This document shows, in pieces, positions 23,063 to 35,778 of a stretch of DNA of 64,000 bases. This stretch comes from Monocercomonoides exilis PA203 (lineage: Eukaryota; Protista; Preaxostyla): NCBI GenBank assembly GCA_001643675.2, contig LSRY02000006.1, positions 310,001 to 374,000 of the forward strand, in the 5' to 3' direction. The notes below the pieces were generated by a model that had not been told where the DNA came from, did no database searches, and worked only from the letters and a program-made list of their open reading frames with translations. The stretch's first letter is position 1, and every line of letters begins with the position of its first letter. A program made the position numbers and the translations under genes.

Positions 23063-23326
23063 CAGTATTTATCAAAAAATCTGTTTGTATTCAACAACAA
23101 TTTTTTATAATGGTTGTTATTTTTCAATTTTTCAAAAACTTAAACATACTGTTAATTCGAGTTATAATTCATTTTTCAAAGAAAAACCTATTTTCGAAAT
23201 TCGCAAATTCTTTTGGTTTAAGATCATTAAAACAAGAGAAAGTATTTTTAAAATCGTGTGCAATTTGCATTGTAATTAAAAGAATAAAATTTTGAATTAT
23301 TATTTTCAAGGGCATTTCATTTAAAA

Positions 23327-26300
23327 ATGCCATATCAAAACGAAAATGAAAATGACTTATCCAAAACAAAAGAAGAATTCGACATATGTTCAAAGGTTTG
23401 ATTGTTTTTTCAATGCAATTAAATATGTGCATTAAAAATGATATTTCTTCTTTCTTCGATACATGATATTTAAAACTATTCACATCAAATATTTTCAAAA
23501 CATTGAAAAATTATTCTATTTCATGATGATATCCTTTTTTCTCGTTACGAAAGAAAACTGATGAAAAAGAAACAAAAGATTCAAGTTCACAGAAGGGAGC
23601 TTCAACTTCTAACGTTAAATGCCAGGAAACAGATTCAAATTTAAATGAATCTTCTTCAACTGATTCGTTGCTTGAAGCGAAGGATTGTGACGAAGAATCA
23701 TCGGAACAGGCAACATTTCCTGGAGTGGTAGGTTTAAGAAATCTTGGAAATACGTGCTACATGAATTCATCTTTACAATGCTTATCTGCGGCCCAGCCTT
23801 TTACAGAATACTTTTTATCGTTTCGTTGGCTTTCTGATGTGAATTTAAGAAATGTGTTGGGGCACAAAGGAAAGATTGCAGCATGTTATGGTAATTTGAT
23901 GAGAAAGATTTGGAATTTGAAAGCAAAAAAATGGATTGCTCCACGAAAGATGAAAGCTGTGATGGGCTTTTTCAATCAACAATTTTCTGGTTATGGACAG
24001 CAAGACGCGCAAGAATTTATAACGTTTTTGCTTGATGGGCTGGTATGAACATATGTCACTTGAATTATATACACACATACATACATATTTAGTCACATGC
24101 ATCAATTGCTATCAAGAAAAAAATTTATTTTATTTTTATTTTATTTTTATTTTTTATTTTATTTTATTTTATTTTATTTTATTTATTTATTTATTTATTT
24201 ATTTTTTTTTTTTTGCAATAAATTAATCCTAACTTCTATCTGTAACCGTCAACCATTTATTTTCTATTCTATCTATTTCTTGCAATTTTGCACACAGCAC
24301 GAAGATCTGAATCGCGTAGTGACCAAGCAGTACGTTGAGGATGTTGAGACAACCGGCCAAACGGCTGAGGAAGAGGCAGCAGCAGCGGAGGAGGCGTGGC
24401 AGCGGCATCTTCTGCGGAACAAGTCGGCTGTTGTGGAGCTGTTTGAAGGGCAGCTGAAGTCGACGACGGACTGCCCAGACTGTGGCAAGCATTCAGTCAG
24501 GTTTGACCCATGTGCTGTGTTCCAGCTGCCGATTCCGATGGGACATGAAAAGAAAGAAGAGAAGAATGAGGGGCATTTTAAAAATGACAATAAGGGAAAA
24601 AAGATGAGTGAAGATGGAGAAGGAGAGAGTATTGACAGTGAATCGAAGGATAACAAAGAAGAAAGCAAAGAAGAAGACAAAGAAGCAGAAGAGAAGTCTG
24701 AAAAGAAGAAAGCCGAAGAGCAGCTGGCAAAAGAGATCGAAGCAATCAAAAAGGAGATTGGAGCAGCGTTGCGCCCAGACGATGCATTTTACACGGTGAC
24801 ATTTGTGCCAACTCCGATGATTGTGGAAGAAGGAGAAGAGGAAACAGACAGCAATGAAGAAAAAGAAAAAGAAAAAGAAGGAGGAAAAGAAGAAGAATGT
24901 GAGACATACAAACAAAATGGGAAAAAGAAGATTGTTCCGTTTGGACTGCAAAACTGCTCAAAAATGGAAAACACACAAAAAACTGAAGAATCAGCTGTTG
25001 AATCCGAAAAGAGTGAAACTTCATCATCTGAAGGAGCATCAGCCGAATCTTCTCCTTCTCCTCCTTCTTCTTCTTCCACTCCTTTATCTTCTTCCTCTCC
25101 TTCCATCAACTCCTCATCTGAGGAAACCAGCAAGCCTTACCCATCTCAGCCAAACTGTTTGCATCGTCCACAGCCATATCCTCAGCCAGCGTTCATTCGC
25201 CCTGTCGTGCTTTCGTTCATTGCCAACAAACACACAAAAACAGAAGACTTTCTGAAGATGGTCATCAAACACATTTCACTCGATAAAACACTCGTTCCAT
25301 CTGTGCCACTGTTCAAAGCAAAGCAAAACACAGACAAGAAAATGGATTCAAAAACAGCATCTTCTTCTTCATATCATCATTTCCCCATCCTCTCCCCATC
25401 CTCCCTGCGTCTGTGTGAAGTGTACAACGGCAACATCAACCGTGTCTATGAACCATATGCAGAGATCGGCTCAGTCAACAGCACCGTCTTCGCTGTCTTT
25501 CATGTGGGCAGCCTGTGGCCAAGACTACCTCCTCCGCCGCCTCCTCCTCGTGTTGCTGTGGAGTTGAAAGGGAAAGAAGAGAAGGAGAAGGAGAAGGAGA
25601 AGGAGGGAGAAGAAGGCGTGGCGGAAGGGACGGTGGAGGATGTGGATAGAATGCTGAAGGAACAGCAGAAAAACAGTGAAACTCAAAATGAGTCAACAAA
25701 AGATTCACATACTGAAGAAGTGAATCAAGGCAATGAATCTTCTCAATCATCTTCTTCCTCTTCCTCTTCTTCTTCCTCATCATTGCTTACTCCAATTAAC
25801 CCATCTCTGTCGAGTGTGCCTCGTCCAATCGTCCAGCCACTCCACCCACTCCCTTCTGTCCTTCTGATGAAGGTCACCTCTGCCACATACACTTTCACCA
25901 AATCGTTCCATTTCCCTTTCACAATACACCAGAATTCGTATCCGTTCCTTCTTCCTATCTGCGTCGGCTGCAGCTGCTATACAACACTCGACAAAAATAC
26001 GTGGAGTGAATGGAAAGAGTACAAAAGACGCAACAAAAATGGAGATGAAGGAGAGGAAGGAGATGAAAGCCCATCTCCTTTGATCAAAAGCCCAGTAGAG
26101 ATTGAGATGCAGGACATGCCATCTCCAGACAACACATTCAGCGACAGCAATAACAGCTACAATGGAAGCTCCACAAAGAACAGAGACCGAACATTGGAAG
26201 GAGGGTATTTTGGGCCAGTGCATCTGGTGGATGCAGACAAAGAGAATGAGGCACTTGATGAAAGTGACAGAGAATTGCTTGAGTTGCGGAGGCAGATAGA

Positions 26301-28047
26301 AGAGCCCTATCTCTCTTCTGCAAATGAGAGAGAAAGCAGAGAAAAGAACGTGGGCGATCTGAATGTGAGTGAAGATTCTGGGTTTGAAGTGGCAGAGAGG
26401 AAGAAGAAAGAAGTGTTTGCGCAGATGGCGAAGGAAGAGAAAGAAGGTGTGTGTTGCTGCGGAGGTGGCAACCACAGCCGGATGAGCTGGGACGATCTGA
26501 ACGAGATGATTTGGGACAGAATGAAGCTGCTGCTGGACGAGGAAATGTACTTCAAGTGGTGCGAGACAAGGAAGGAGGTGTTTGAGACAGAGAAGAAAAT
26601 TGAAGAACAGCAACAAAATGCGTTGGATGGACATCATAAAGGAGCAATTGAAGCACAAACACAAAGCGCTTCTTCTATTCCATCCATTCAACCATCAAAA
26701 GAGCCAGCAATTGGGCCAAAGATGAGCTATGCACCCAGCACCAATTCTCTTTTTCACTCATATGCGTCTAATCTTGTGCCTGCGCTGCGCTCGCCGTGGT
26801 GGGCGGTCTCGCACTCGAACTTCCATGTCTCTAATCCTGTCTGCCCACACGAGGTTTCTCGAATGGACATCTTCCCATCTGTGGAAGATGTGCGCGAGAA
26901 CAGAACAAGCTCTTCTTTGTCGCTCGACGATGTCAGCTACAAAAACACTCTCTCAGAAGATGCATTTGACCGCCCTGCTGCTTCTGAAGGCTCAATGCGG
27001 CTGGCGTCGCTTCCTCTGCCTCCGCGGGCGTATGTGCCATATCGTGTCATCATGGGTAGACCAGACCTGATGAAAGACGGAGAAGAAATCAACGAGGCTG
27101 AAATGCCTCGTGGAAGTCAGAGGATCAATGTGCGCTCTTTGCTCTGTGCTGAGTCTCTTTCGTTGATGTGGATAGCGCCACAGACGCTGTCGAAGCTGAA
27201 GAGCGTGGATGTGGTGGAGCACTGGACGAGAAGGCAGCTGAAGGAGAAGAAAGAGGCAGCAGAGGTTGCGAGGAACAAGATCGATGAGCTAATTCGAAAG
27301 GCGAGAAAGGAGAAAGAAGAGAAAGAAAAGAGAGAGAGAGAAGCGCCCTGCTCACTGTATGACTGTCTTGAGCTGTTTGTGCAGAAGGAGCAGCTGACGG
27401 GGGAGAACAGCTGGTACTGCAACGTGTGCAAAGAGCACAAACAGGCATGGAAGAAGATGGACGTGTGGCGCTGGCCGCCGCTACTGGTGATTCAGCTGAA
27501 GCGCTTCAAGACAGCCAGCAACGATGCACAGAACGAGCAGGCGATTCTGAAAGCGATGGGGCTGATTGAAGGAGATGGAGAAGGAAATGAAGGAGGGATG
27601 ATGGCAGGAGTGGGTGGAAGAGGATTTGGCGGAATGGCAGAGAGAGAGAAGATTGAGAAGCCGGTGATTTATCCGGTGAAAGGATTGGACTTGAGGAAAT
27701 ATGAGCTGTGTGGCGATGAGGTTGTGGAGGAGTTCAGAAGAAACAGGGAGAATTCGTATCATCTGAGGAAGATGGCAGAAGCAGCAGAGAAGAAGAGGAA
27801 AGAAGAAGAAGAAGAAAAGAAAGCGAAAGAAGCGAAAGAAGCAAAAGAAGCAAAAGAAGCAAAAGAGAAGGAAAGCCAAAATGTTGCAGTGAATATGGAG
27901 GCGATGAGCGACGAAGAGCTGGAGCGTTTTCTTCAGTCTGGGCAGTTTGAGCAGCTGGTTGCTTCACAGAGCAACACAAACGAATTAGAAATGGGCAAAA
28001 TGGATGAGAACGAGCAGATGGATGGACAGTCAGATACAATGACTTCA

Positions 28048-28085
<38 letters not shown>

Positions 28086-30192
28086 TTCTTCTTCTTCTTC
28101 TTCTTCTTCTTCAATGCCATCTGATGAACCAAAAGAGCCTCATTCACAGGCGATATATGATCTGTTTGGAGTGAGCATCCACATGGGAGGTACAACCGGC
28201 GGGCATTACACAGCCTATGCCCAATCTCCAATCACAAAGGAATGGTATTACTTCAACGACGATACAGTCACACTGGTGGAGCATCCAGACCCGGCTGAAG
28301 AGATCGAGAGGAAGAAGATGGAAGAAGAGGAGAATGGAGATAAGAAGCAAGTTGAGGTTGCTAAAGATGAATTTTCAACAGGAGCTTCATCTGATCAAAA
28401 GGAGGGCGACAGTAACTCTGCTGTTGCAGAGTCTGCATCATCATCATCATCTTCCTCCTCCTCTATAAGTTCTTCAACTGATGTAAAATCAATGAAAAGT
28501 GCTGAAGATCTCACAAAGTATCTTTCGGGTGTTGTGTCGCGTGATGCGTATCTGCTGTTCTACAGGCGAAGAGACATTGAGTGGAGCAAAGAAGATGTTG
28601 AATATTCGATCAGAGCAAGTCAAGTGACTAAAGAGAGAATAAGAGAGGTGGAGAAGAAGCTGGTGGAGGATGAGGAAAGGAGGGAAAAGGAGGAGAAAGA
28701 AAAAGGAGGAGAAAAAGATGGAGAAAAAGAACTGGAAAGTGGAAATTCTACAACTTCATCATCATCAACAACAACAACATCATCATCATCAACATCTTCT
28801 TCTTCTTCTTCTTCAACATTGAATGAAGAGACATTTCCAGAAAAAGCACAAAATGAGAATGAAACTAAACAACCAACAGAAAAGTTGTCAAAAGCAGAAG
28901 AAGAAAAGAAAGAGCTTGAGCGACTCAACAAAGAATATGAAAAGCCCTTCCGCAACATTGACTTCATTACAGCAAATGAATCATCATCATCATCAACTTC
29001 TTCCTCTTCTTCAAGTCAAGATTCACCTTTATTCCCACCCCCACCCCCATTCCAAGTGCCTGATCCAGTTCGACTGCAATCTCTCGAGAACTTTGACGAG
29101 ATGATCAAAGAGATGCAAGGCAGAGACCACAGCTCGTATTCCTCTTATGGACCTTATCTGCACCCACGCCCTCCTCCTCCGCTGGAAAGCTGGAAGCCCA
29201 ACAGAACATATGGGAGAAGATACGGCGATGACGATGACAACAGCAGCAGTGACGACAATTCAGATAAAGGCGAATCAGAATCAGAATCTGATTCAGATGA
29301 AGACGAGGATGAAGATGGAGAGATGTACTGCTCAGAGGACAGAAAACGCCCCTTGTCTGACTTCTTCTTCAACCCAGCCAATTATGCCTGGAGTTCCATC
29401 TGTGATACGCCTCTTCCACCAGGAGCACAGTTTCTGAGTGGGGGAATATTCTGGACAGACGACGAAAGAGCCATCCGCCGCATCCACCGCGCAATTCCTC
29501 AGTCAAATCCGAAGTTCTCTCTGGCTTCCTCTTCTGGTGATTCATCATCATCATCTTCTTCTTCTTCTTCCTCCTCCTCCTCCAAAAAGACTCCTTCATC
29601 TTCCTCTTTCTCTCCCAGCCACCGAAAGAAGCCGCCTCCACACGTCCGTCCGATGCCTGCTCTTCCGCCGCCTTCTCCGCACTCGAAGGCAGTCCTGCTT
29701 CAGAGTGGAGGACCCGGAGTTGGTGTAAGTGGTGATGCTGTGACAGACGAGCAGTTCAGCAAGATGATGGAAAGTGGGGCATTTCACTTGGGGCATGGAT
29801 CGACTTCTGCTTCTGCTTCTTCTGCTCAGTCTCCTCAATCGAACTTGGGTGCCACTCTGCATAGCACAGAGACTGACTCTATCAAAATCTCTGATCCGAT
29901 CGACTTGTCTTCTGTCATTTCTGGGCTTGGTGCACAAACAGCTCAAGGGAAACCGAATGAGGCGTCACAAGGAAATAGCACAGAAGCCATTGAAAAAGTG
30001 ATATTTGACAACACGAAGCCGTCTGTGCAGCAGCCGGAGGATGAGAATGTGGGTGTGGCAGAGGAGATTCCCCGGTCAGCGGTGCATCCACCGATGCTGG
30101 TGGATACAGACGATGTGTATGCGAACATGTCAGAGGAGGAGATGCTGCTGCTGGCTATACAGAAGAGCCAGGTGGAGACGTATATGAGATAG
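23327..30192 (+). CDS. Ubiquitin carboxyl-terminal hydrolase (USP4/11/15-type, peptidase C19) with large low-complexity inserts and a C-terminal UIM. Exons ~23327-23395, 23554-24042, 24298-30192
   Basis: Cys box [18 protein letters not shown]; [15 protein letters not shown]|HEDLNRV across the intron; CPDC...CNVC Zn pair; LVIQLKRF; His box [29 protein letters not shown]; AYLLFYRR. Confidence 0.93.
24121..24214. repeat. (TTTTA/TTTA)n microsatellite in USP intron 2
   Basis: Read directly from the sequence. Confidence 0.9.
27818..27867 (+). repeat. 9-bp coding tandem repeat (AAAGAAGCR; KEA units) in USP
   Basis: Encodes [16 protein letters not shown]. Confidence 0.85.
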
Positions 30193-31048
30193 AGAGAAGA
30201 AGGAAGAAGGAGGTTGGGGATTGCGAGAGAAAGGGAAGAAGAAGAAGAAGAAGAAGATTATAAAAAGGGAAAAGGAGAAGGAAAATGGAAAAATGAGTAC
30301 GACAACAAGAAGAAATGGATTATTGAAAGATGAAGAGCGAGATTCATTTTAGCAGCAATGTTTTTTATTTCAGATTTTTTTTGATTGAATTTTTTGACTT
30401 TTTCTGAATTTTGATGAATTGAGCATGAAAACTCTTTTTTTTTTTATTTTTCAATTTTTCTTTTGTTTATTTTTCTTTAAATTCTATTGGCATTTCTATT
30501 TGTATTTGGGACAATTCACACAACGGTTCTTATTACGGAATATTTTCTACTCTTTTTTTTTGGAAGAGTAACCCTTCAAATATTGCACAAGTGACATTTG
30601 AGGAATCAGCTTTTTTGAAGTAAAAATTGTCTTGTTGGATTGCTTCTTTTGTGGAAGATGGATGCACAATGAGTCAGAAATAGAAGTGCTTTTCGTGACG
30701 TGTGGAGAAAAGGTTAAAAAAGAAAAAGAAAAAGAAAATTAAAAAGAAAATCAAAGAGGTTAATAGTTAGCTTCACATCAATATAAAGAAAACTATACAA
30801 AAAAAAAATAACAGCCAATCATAAAAATTGACTGCGACTACACGAATAAACAATCAGGAAATGATCTAAAAACATTACATAGCAAGTGCAATGGTATGAA
30901 GTGGATGTTATGCGAGATGAAAGAACAGGGAGGAAGCAAAAGAAAGAGTCCCACAATGAATGGATTTGAACATAGAATGAGAAAACATTATTGAACAAAG
31001 AATAAAAATGGAATGATTACAAAAAGAATTGAAATTGTTAACTTCCTT

Positions 31049-34000
31049 TTAAAATGGCTTGTTCTCGTCTCCTGTCTCATTGTCGTCATATCCAAAACCA
31101 TTAGTATTTTGATCGTCTTCAAATGGCAAACCTTCTCCTTCACTTCCATTTCCATTCCCATCTGCTTCTCCTTCTATTTCTCCCTCAATTTCTCCTTCAC
31201 CTTCAGCTTCTCCTTCAGCATCTCTTCCTTCAGTGTTATCCATTTCCTCCCCACCCTCTTGTACTTCATCTCCCCGCTCCACAACTTCTTCTCCTATTGC
31301 ATTTTCGCCATTTTCATCATGTTCTTGTTCTCCTTCAGCAACCTCTTCTTCTTCTTCTTTCTTTTCTTCGTTTTCTCCTTCAATCACATCACCAGTTCTT
31401 TCTTCTGCACCCTCACCAACTTCATTTTGGACTTCACTTTCTTTCCCTTCCTCTTCCTTTATCCCCTCCTCTTTCCCCTCCTCTTTCCCTTCCCCTTCTT
31501 CTTTCCCTTCTTGCTCTTCATTCAGCTTAAATTCTCTCTCCTTCACATTGTCTTCCTGTTCTTGCTGTTTTGGATCGTCAATCACAGTCGCTTCATCAGA
31601 AGATGGTCCTGCCCCTGTTCCTTCTCCTTCTGTCACAGGCGCATTCCTCGCTTTTTCCTGCTGCCCTCTTTCTTTCGCTTCTTCTTCCTCTTTCCTCTTC
31701 TTTTCTGCCTCTTCCTCAGCCTTTGCCTTTTCCTTCGCCTCTTCTTCTGCTTTCTTCTTCTTCTCTTCTTCTTCAGCTGCTGCCTTTTTGGCTGTCAAAG
31801 AAGCTGTCGAAGACGAAGACAGCGGACGAGCCGGCTGGAAGAACTGCTGACTCGGCTCAGGCTCCGGTTCAGCCTCGTTTTCAGAGACTTCCTCATCCGA
31901 ATAATCGTCAAAGTCGAAATCATCATCTCCATCTCCGCCAAACCCAAACCGCCGATTCGCTTTCCTTGCTTCGCGCTCTGCTTTCTTCCTCTCTTCAGCC
32001 TCTGCTTTCTCTCTCTGAAGAGCTTGTTTCTGTTGGATGCCACGCAGCTTCTCGATGTGTGGCTTGAAGATCGGCAGCACTTCGTCTGTGTCGTTGAAGA
32101 ACATGTTCTCGGTGCTTTGGGTGTCGTCTATGTTGTTGTCTGGAAGCTGCTTTGTGACTGAAGATGAAGATGAAGATGAAGATGAGATAATAAATAAATG
32201 AATGTGAATGATAGAAGAAGAAGAAGAAGAAGAAGAAAGAATTCATTTATAAAAACAATAGCAAATGAATAGTTATTTGAAGAAGATTCAAAGAATAAAA
32301 ATTAAAAAAACAAAAATAAATAAAAGAATGTAGAATACCATCTCTTGGGAAGAACTTAATTGGACGAGACTGAGCTGTCTTGTTCTGTGGAAGCAGCACC
32401 ACCCAATTATCCGGAAGAGGCTCGCATGTAAAGAAAGACAGATGCGGAATAAACACGCCGTGATCGACCCACAACTTCGATTCACTCAACTCCGCTGCTG
32501 TGCATGGCGCATATGCAACTGTCACCTAATGAATGGATTCATCATTGGTTTTTATTATTATTATTATTATATTTTGAGTGAAAGGAAAAAAACAAATATG
32601 TATTTAATAGAACAATATTTGAAATCATTCATAAAGATTTTCAGAATTGATAAGAGCACACCTTCATTTGAGGGAAAGGAGGGTCATCTTCTGGATCAAG
32701 CTGGGCAGATTTTGTGCTTGTTGCTGAAAAGCTCGTTCCATCTCCGCTTTGATCAGAAAACGGTGTTCCAGCTATTGTGCAACAAATGAAGAATTCAAAC
32801 AATAACATTACAATTCCATTCATTAAATAAATAAATTGAAATAATACATTTTTTTAAATAAAGAATGCAAATCTCAAACCTCCTAATCTTGTTGATGTTG
32901 CAGCCAGCCTCATCCGCTCAGCCGGCTCGTCTGTCCTGTGCACCATGTCCACAATCATATCCATCCGGTTCGACGATGTCTTCGCATTAAATCCCAACAG
33001 AGAGATAGGAAATTCCCCACAATACGCCATTGATGACTGGTGCAGTGGCGGAAGTCCCGCAGCAAATGCAGCAGACGTCGGAGGCAGCGACGAGGCAGAA
33101 GATGAGCCAAAATCACTCATTCCTCCCATCGAACCGACAGACGGTGGAGAAAGAGAAGTCGTCGAAACAGAAGGTGAGCTTGCTCTTTTCAGTGTTCCAC
33201 TGCCTGCTCTGCTCCTCGGGCGTGCTGGTGTGTTCCTTCCAGATGTCTGATAAGCAGTTACTGGACGAATAGAAGATCCCGTCTTGCCCATCGAACTGCC
33301 GGTTGAATATGGTGTGAACATTGTTGTTGAACCAGATGTGCCTCTTCTGCTGCTGCGTGTGTTGCCCATCGACGTCACTGGCCGCTTTGCGCTCGCCCCG
33401 TAGTCTGCACCGCTCATCGTGCTGCCTCTCCTTCTGTTGGGTGAAACAGGAGAGCCAAACGCATCTGTTCCTGCACCCAACGCTGACGATGACTGTGAAA
33501 CTGCGCTGTTGTGGTCTTGTAGAGTTGGCAGGTTGTGCACACCTCCCACATTGCGCTGGTGTCCCGCAAGGCACACAACACGGATGACCTGCTGCTCGTT
33601 GTGGAGGAACTGCTCGAAGCACTCTTCATCGGCAATGAAGTAGTGCACCCTGTAGTTGTTTACAACCGCAATCGAGTTCACCTTCTCAGAGTCTGGCAGA
33701 AACACCGAAGGCGGAGGCACTTTGGCGACAATCGGGATTTTGACTGTCTTCCCCAGCAGCTGATACGCCAGCGTGTATGAATAATCTCCGCTGTGTCCGC
33801 TGTTGTGCTGCCTGGACGGCGACGACGCTGTCCCCGTTGCCTGCCTGGTGCTTCCAGATTTTGTGCTCATCAATCGGGATGAGCTCCTCTCTCTGCCCAT
33901 TCCGCGGGGAGGAAGGTTGAACACCTCGTAGATGCAGACAAGCAGGCGGAAGAGCTTCAGCTCGGGATGCGCAGCGACCACTTCGCTGATAGGCGGAGCA

Positions 34001-35648
34001 GCCAGACAGCGCTCAGGCTCCACAATTTGGATTTCTCCCGCATCGTTTGAGACGAGGTTGATGCCAACGGCCTTCGCAAACTTCTTCTCCACGTTTGACA
34101 GCCGCTTCTCGGAGTTGTAGAGATCATAGCACGACGAGCACACTTTGAACACACGCGTCATCTCACGAGAGTCTCTCAGTTTTAGGTCAATTCGGTCGAA
34201 GAACGGAATATGCTCACCACGATGCTGTCAGGTGCAAAAATCAATGTTTAAGTTGTTATTGATTGAGAATTTCATGAAATATAAGTAAAAATTTGAAGAA
34301 CAACAGAAAAATAAAAAATAACAAAATTTTCAAAAAATTAAAATGTGATTCGTCAATTTCACAAAAAAAGTCGCACAAAATGAAAATGATAAATATGTTT
34401 TCAAAGAAAACGTATTTTTATTTTTGATACCTCCAAATGATTAATTGTCTGAATGATCATCTTAAAAGTCAGCTGATGAACCAAATCATTAGCTGAATAC
34501 AGCGCCCCGCAGCACTTGCACTTCGAAAGACGAACATACTCTTGCTTTTTGTTGGCTTTGGGAATCAGACTTCTTTGCTTTGCAATCAGTGCAGGATCGC
34601 CACTGGCCTTTGCCGCTTCAATCTGCTGATACAAACGCAAACACTCTTCTGTCACTCGAAACGCCTTCACCTGCAAAAACCACCACACATCTGCACTGTC
34701 CTTGATGAAGTCTGCAACCAGCTCTTCGAAGTGTATTCCGTGCTGTCGCTGCACATATCGCAAAATATTCTCTGTCATACGGATTGGCTCTGAAACTGAC
34801 GAGCCTGTTGTCTTGATGATGGTCGCTCCCATCGGGACGTCTGTACAAACAGTAAATCTCTTGCGAAAATCACCTTCAGTATCGTCCGAAAACAAGTTTT
34901 TCCCTGTTAATGTGTATGCAAACGGAGCCTGAGATGTTCTGTAAACGACTCGAACATACCAAGGATGAAGCCCTTTGGATTGAACGAATCTCTGAATAAT
35001 AAAATCACCTCCAGGAGGAGACAGAATTTGATTTTTCATATCTTCTGTATTCAACATTGAAACTTCATTTGCAAGTCCTTTTCTATTTTTCAATTTAAGA
35101 ACAGCTGTTAATTCATTTTCACGCCCTTTCGGCCTTCCAACTGCCATCATCAAATCTCTATTTGTAAAATTATCAATTCTTTCCAAATATCCTTCTTCAG
35201 AAGTCAGAAGCCACATTCGAATTTCCTCTTTTTGAAGAGTTACAAAAGTATCTGGAATATTCAACTCCAATTTCGCAGTTATTGGAACATATCGCGAAGC
35301 TGAAATTTTTCTTGTTAAGAGCGGCAAAAAATTGACAAGCGGTTGAGCAGGATAATTATCATAAGAATATCCAAGCTCTTCTCCAAAAGAAGATCTTTTG
35401 ACCATATCATGATAATTTTGAAGTTGTTTTCTCTCTAATTCTGCTTGTTTTGCTGCAGAAGAAGATCCAAAAGTAAAGCCAGTACTTTTCTTTCCATTTG
35501 TTGCCTGCTCAATTAATGACGGTGGAATTTCATACAAATTTCCTCTCATTCCTTTTGACACATCTCCTTTCAAAACAGTTTTTTTTAATGTTGATAAATG
35601 TTGTCTGTGAAGTTGCGGAGCAACTGGTCCACCTTGAGGTCTGCTCAT
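31049..35648 (-). CDS. Large hypothetical protein (5 exons) with a possible ATP-grasp-like region, a split CxxC pair and a Glu-rich tail
   Basis: Exons ~35648-34431, 34224-32881, ~32770-32662, 32525-32340 and 32157-31049 join in frame with GT-AG boundaries. Motifs FIIQRFV, ELVADFIKD..WWFLQVK, CKCC...VCSSCYDLY. Confidence 0.75.
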
Positions 35649-35778
35649 ATGTTAAGAAAAAAAGGTAGCAGTTCAAATCACTGATCAAAAACCATACACA
35701 TAAAATGAAATTTAACTTAAAAACTGAAAAATGACTATAAATAAAACAATTTCACAAGTTATATTTACAATTTAAAAT

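Noticed and set aside
24097-24297. Hydrophobic N-terminus of the 2031-aa ORF as a TM or signal segment
   Set aside because: It is translated intron microsatellite. The real exon starts at 24298 (HEDLN).
31013-32161. 382-aa hydrophobic + strand ORF resembling a membrane protein
   Set aside because: It is the antisense of the Glu/Lys-rich last exon (GAA repeats read as Phe/Leu/Ser).
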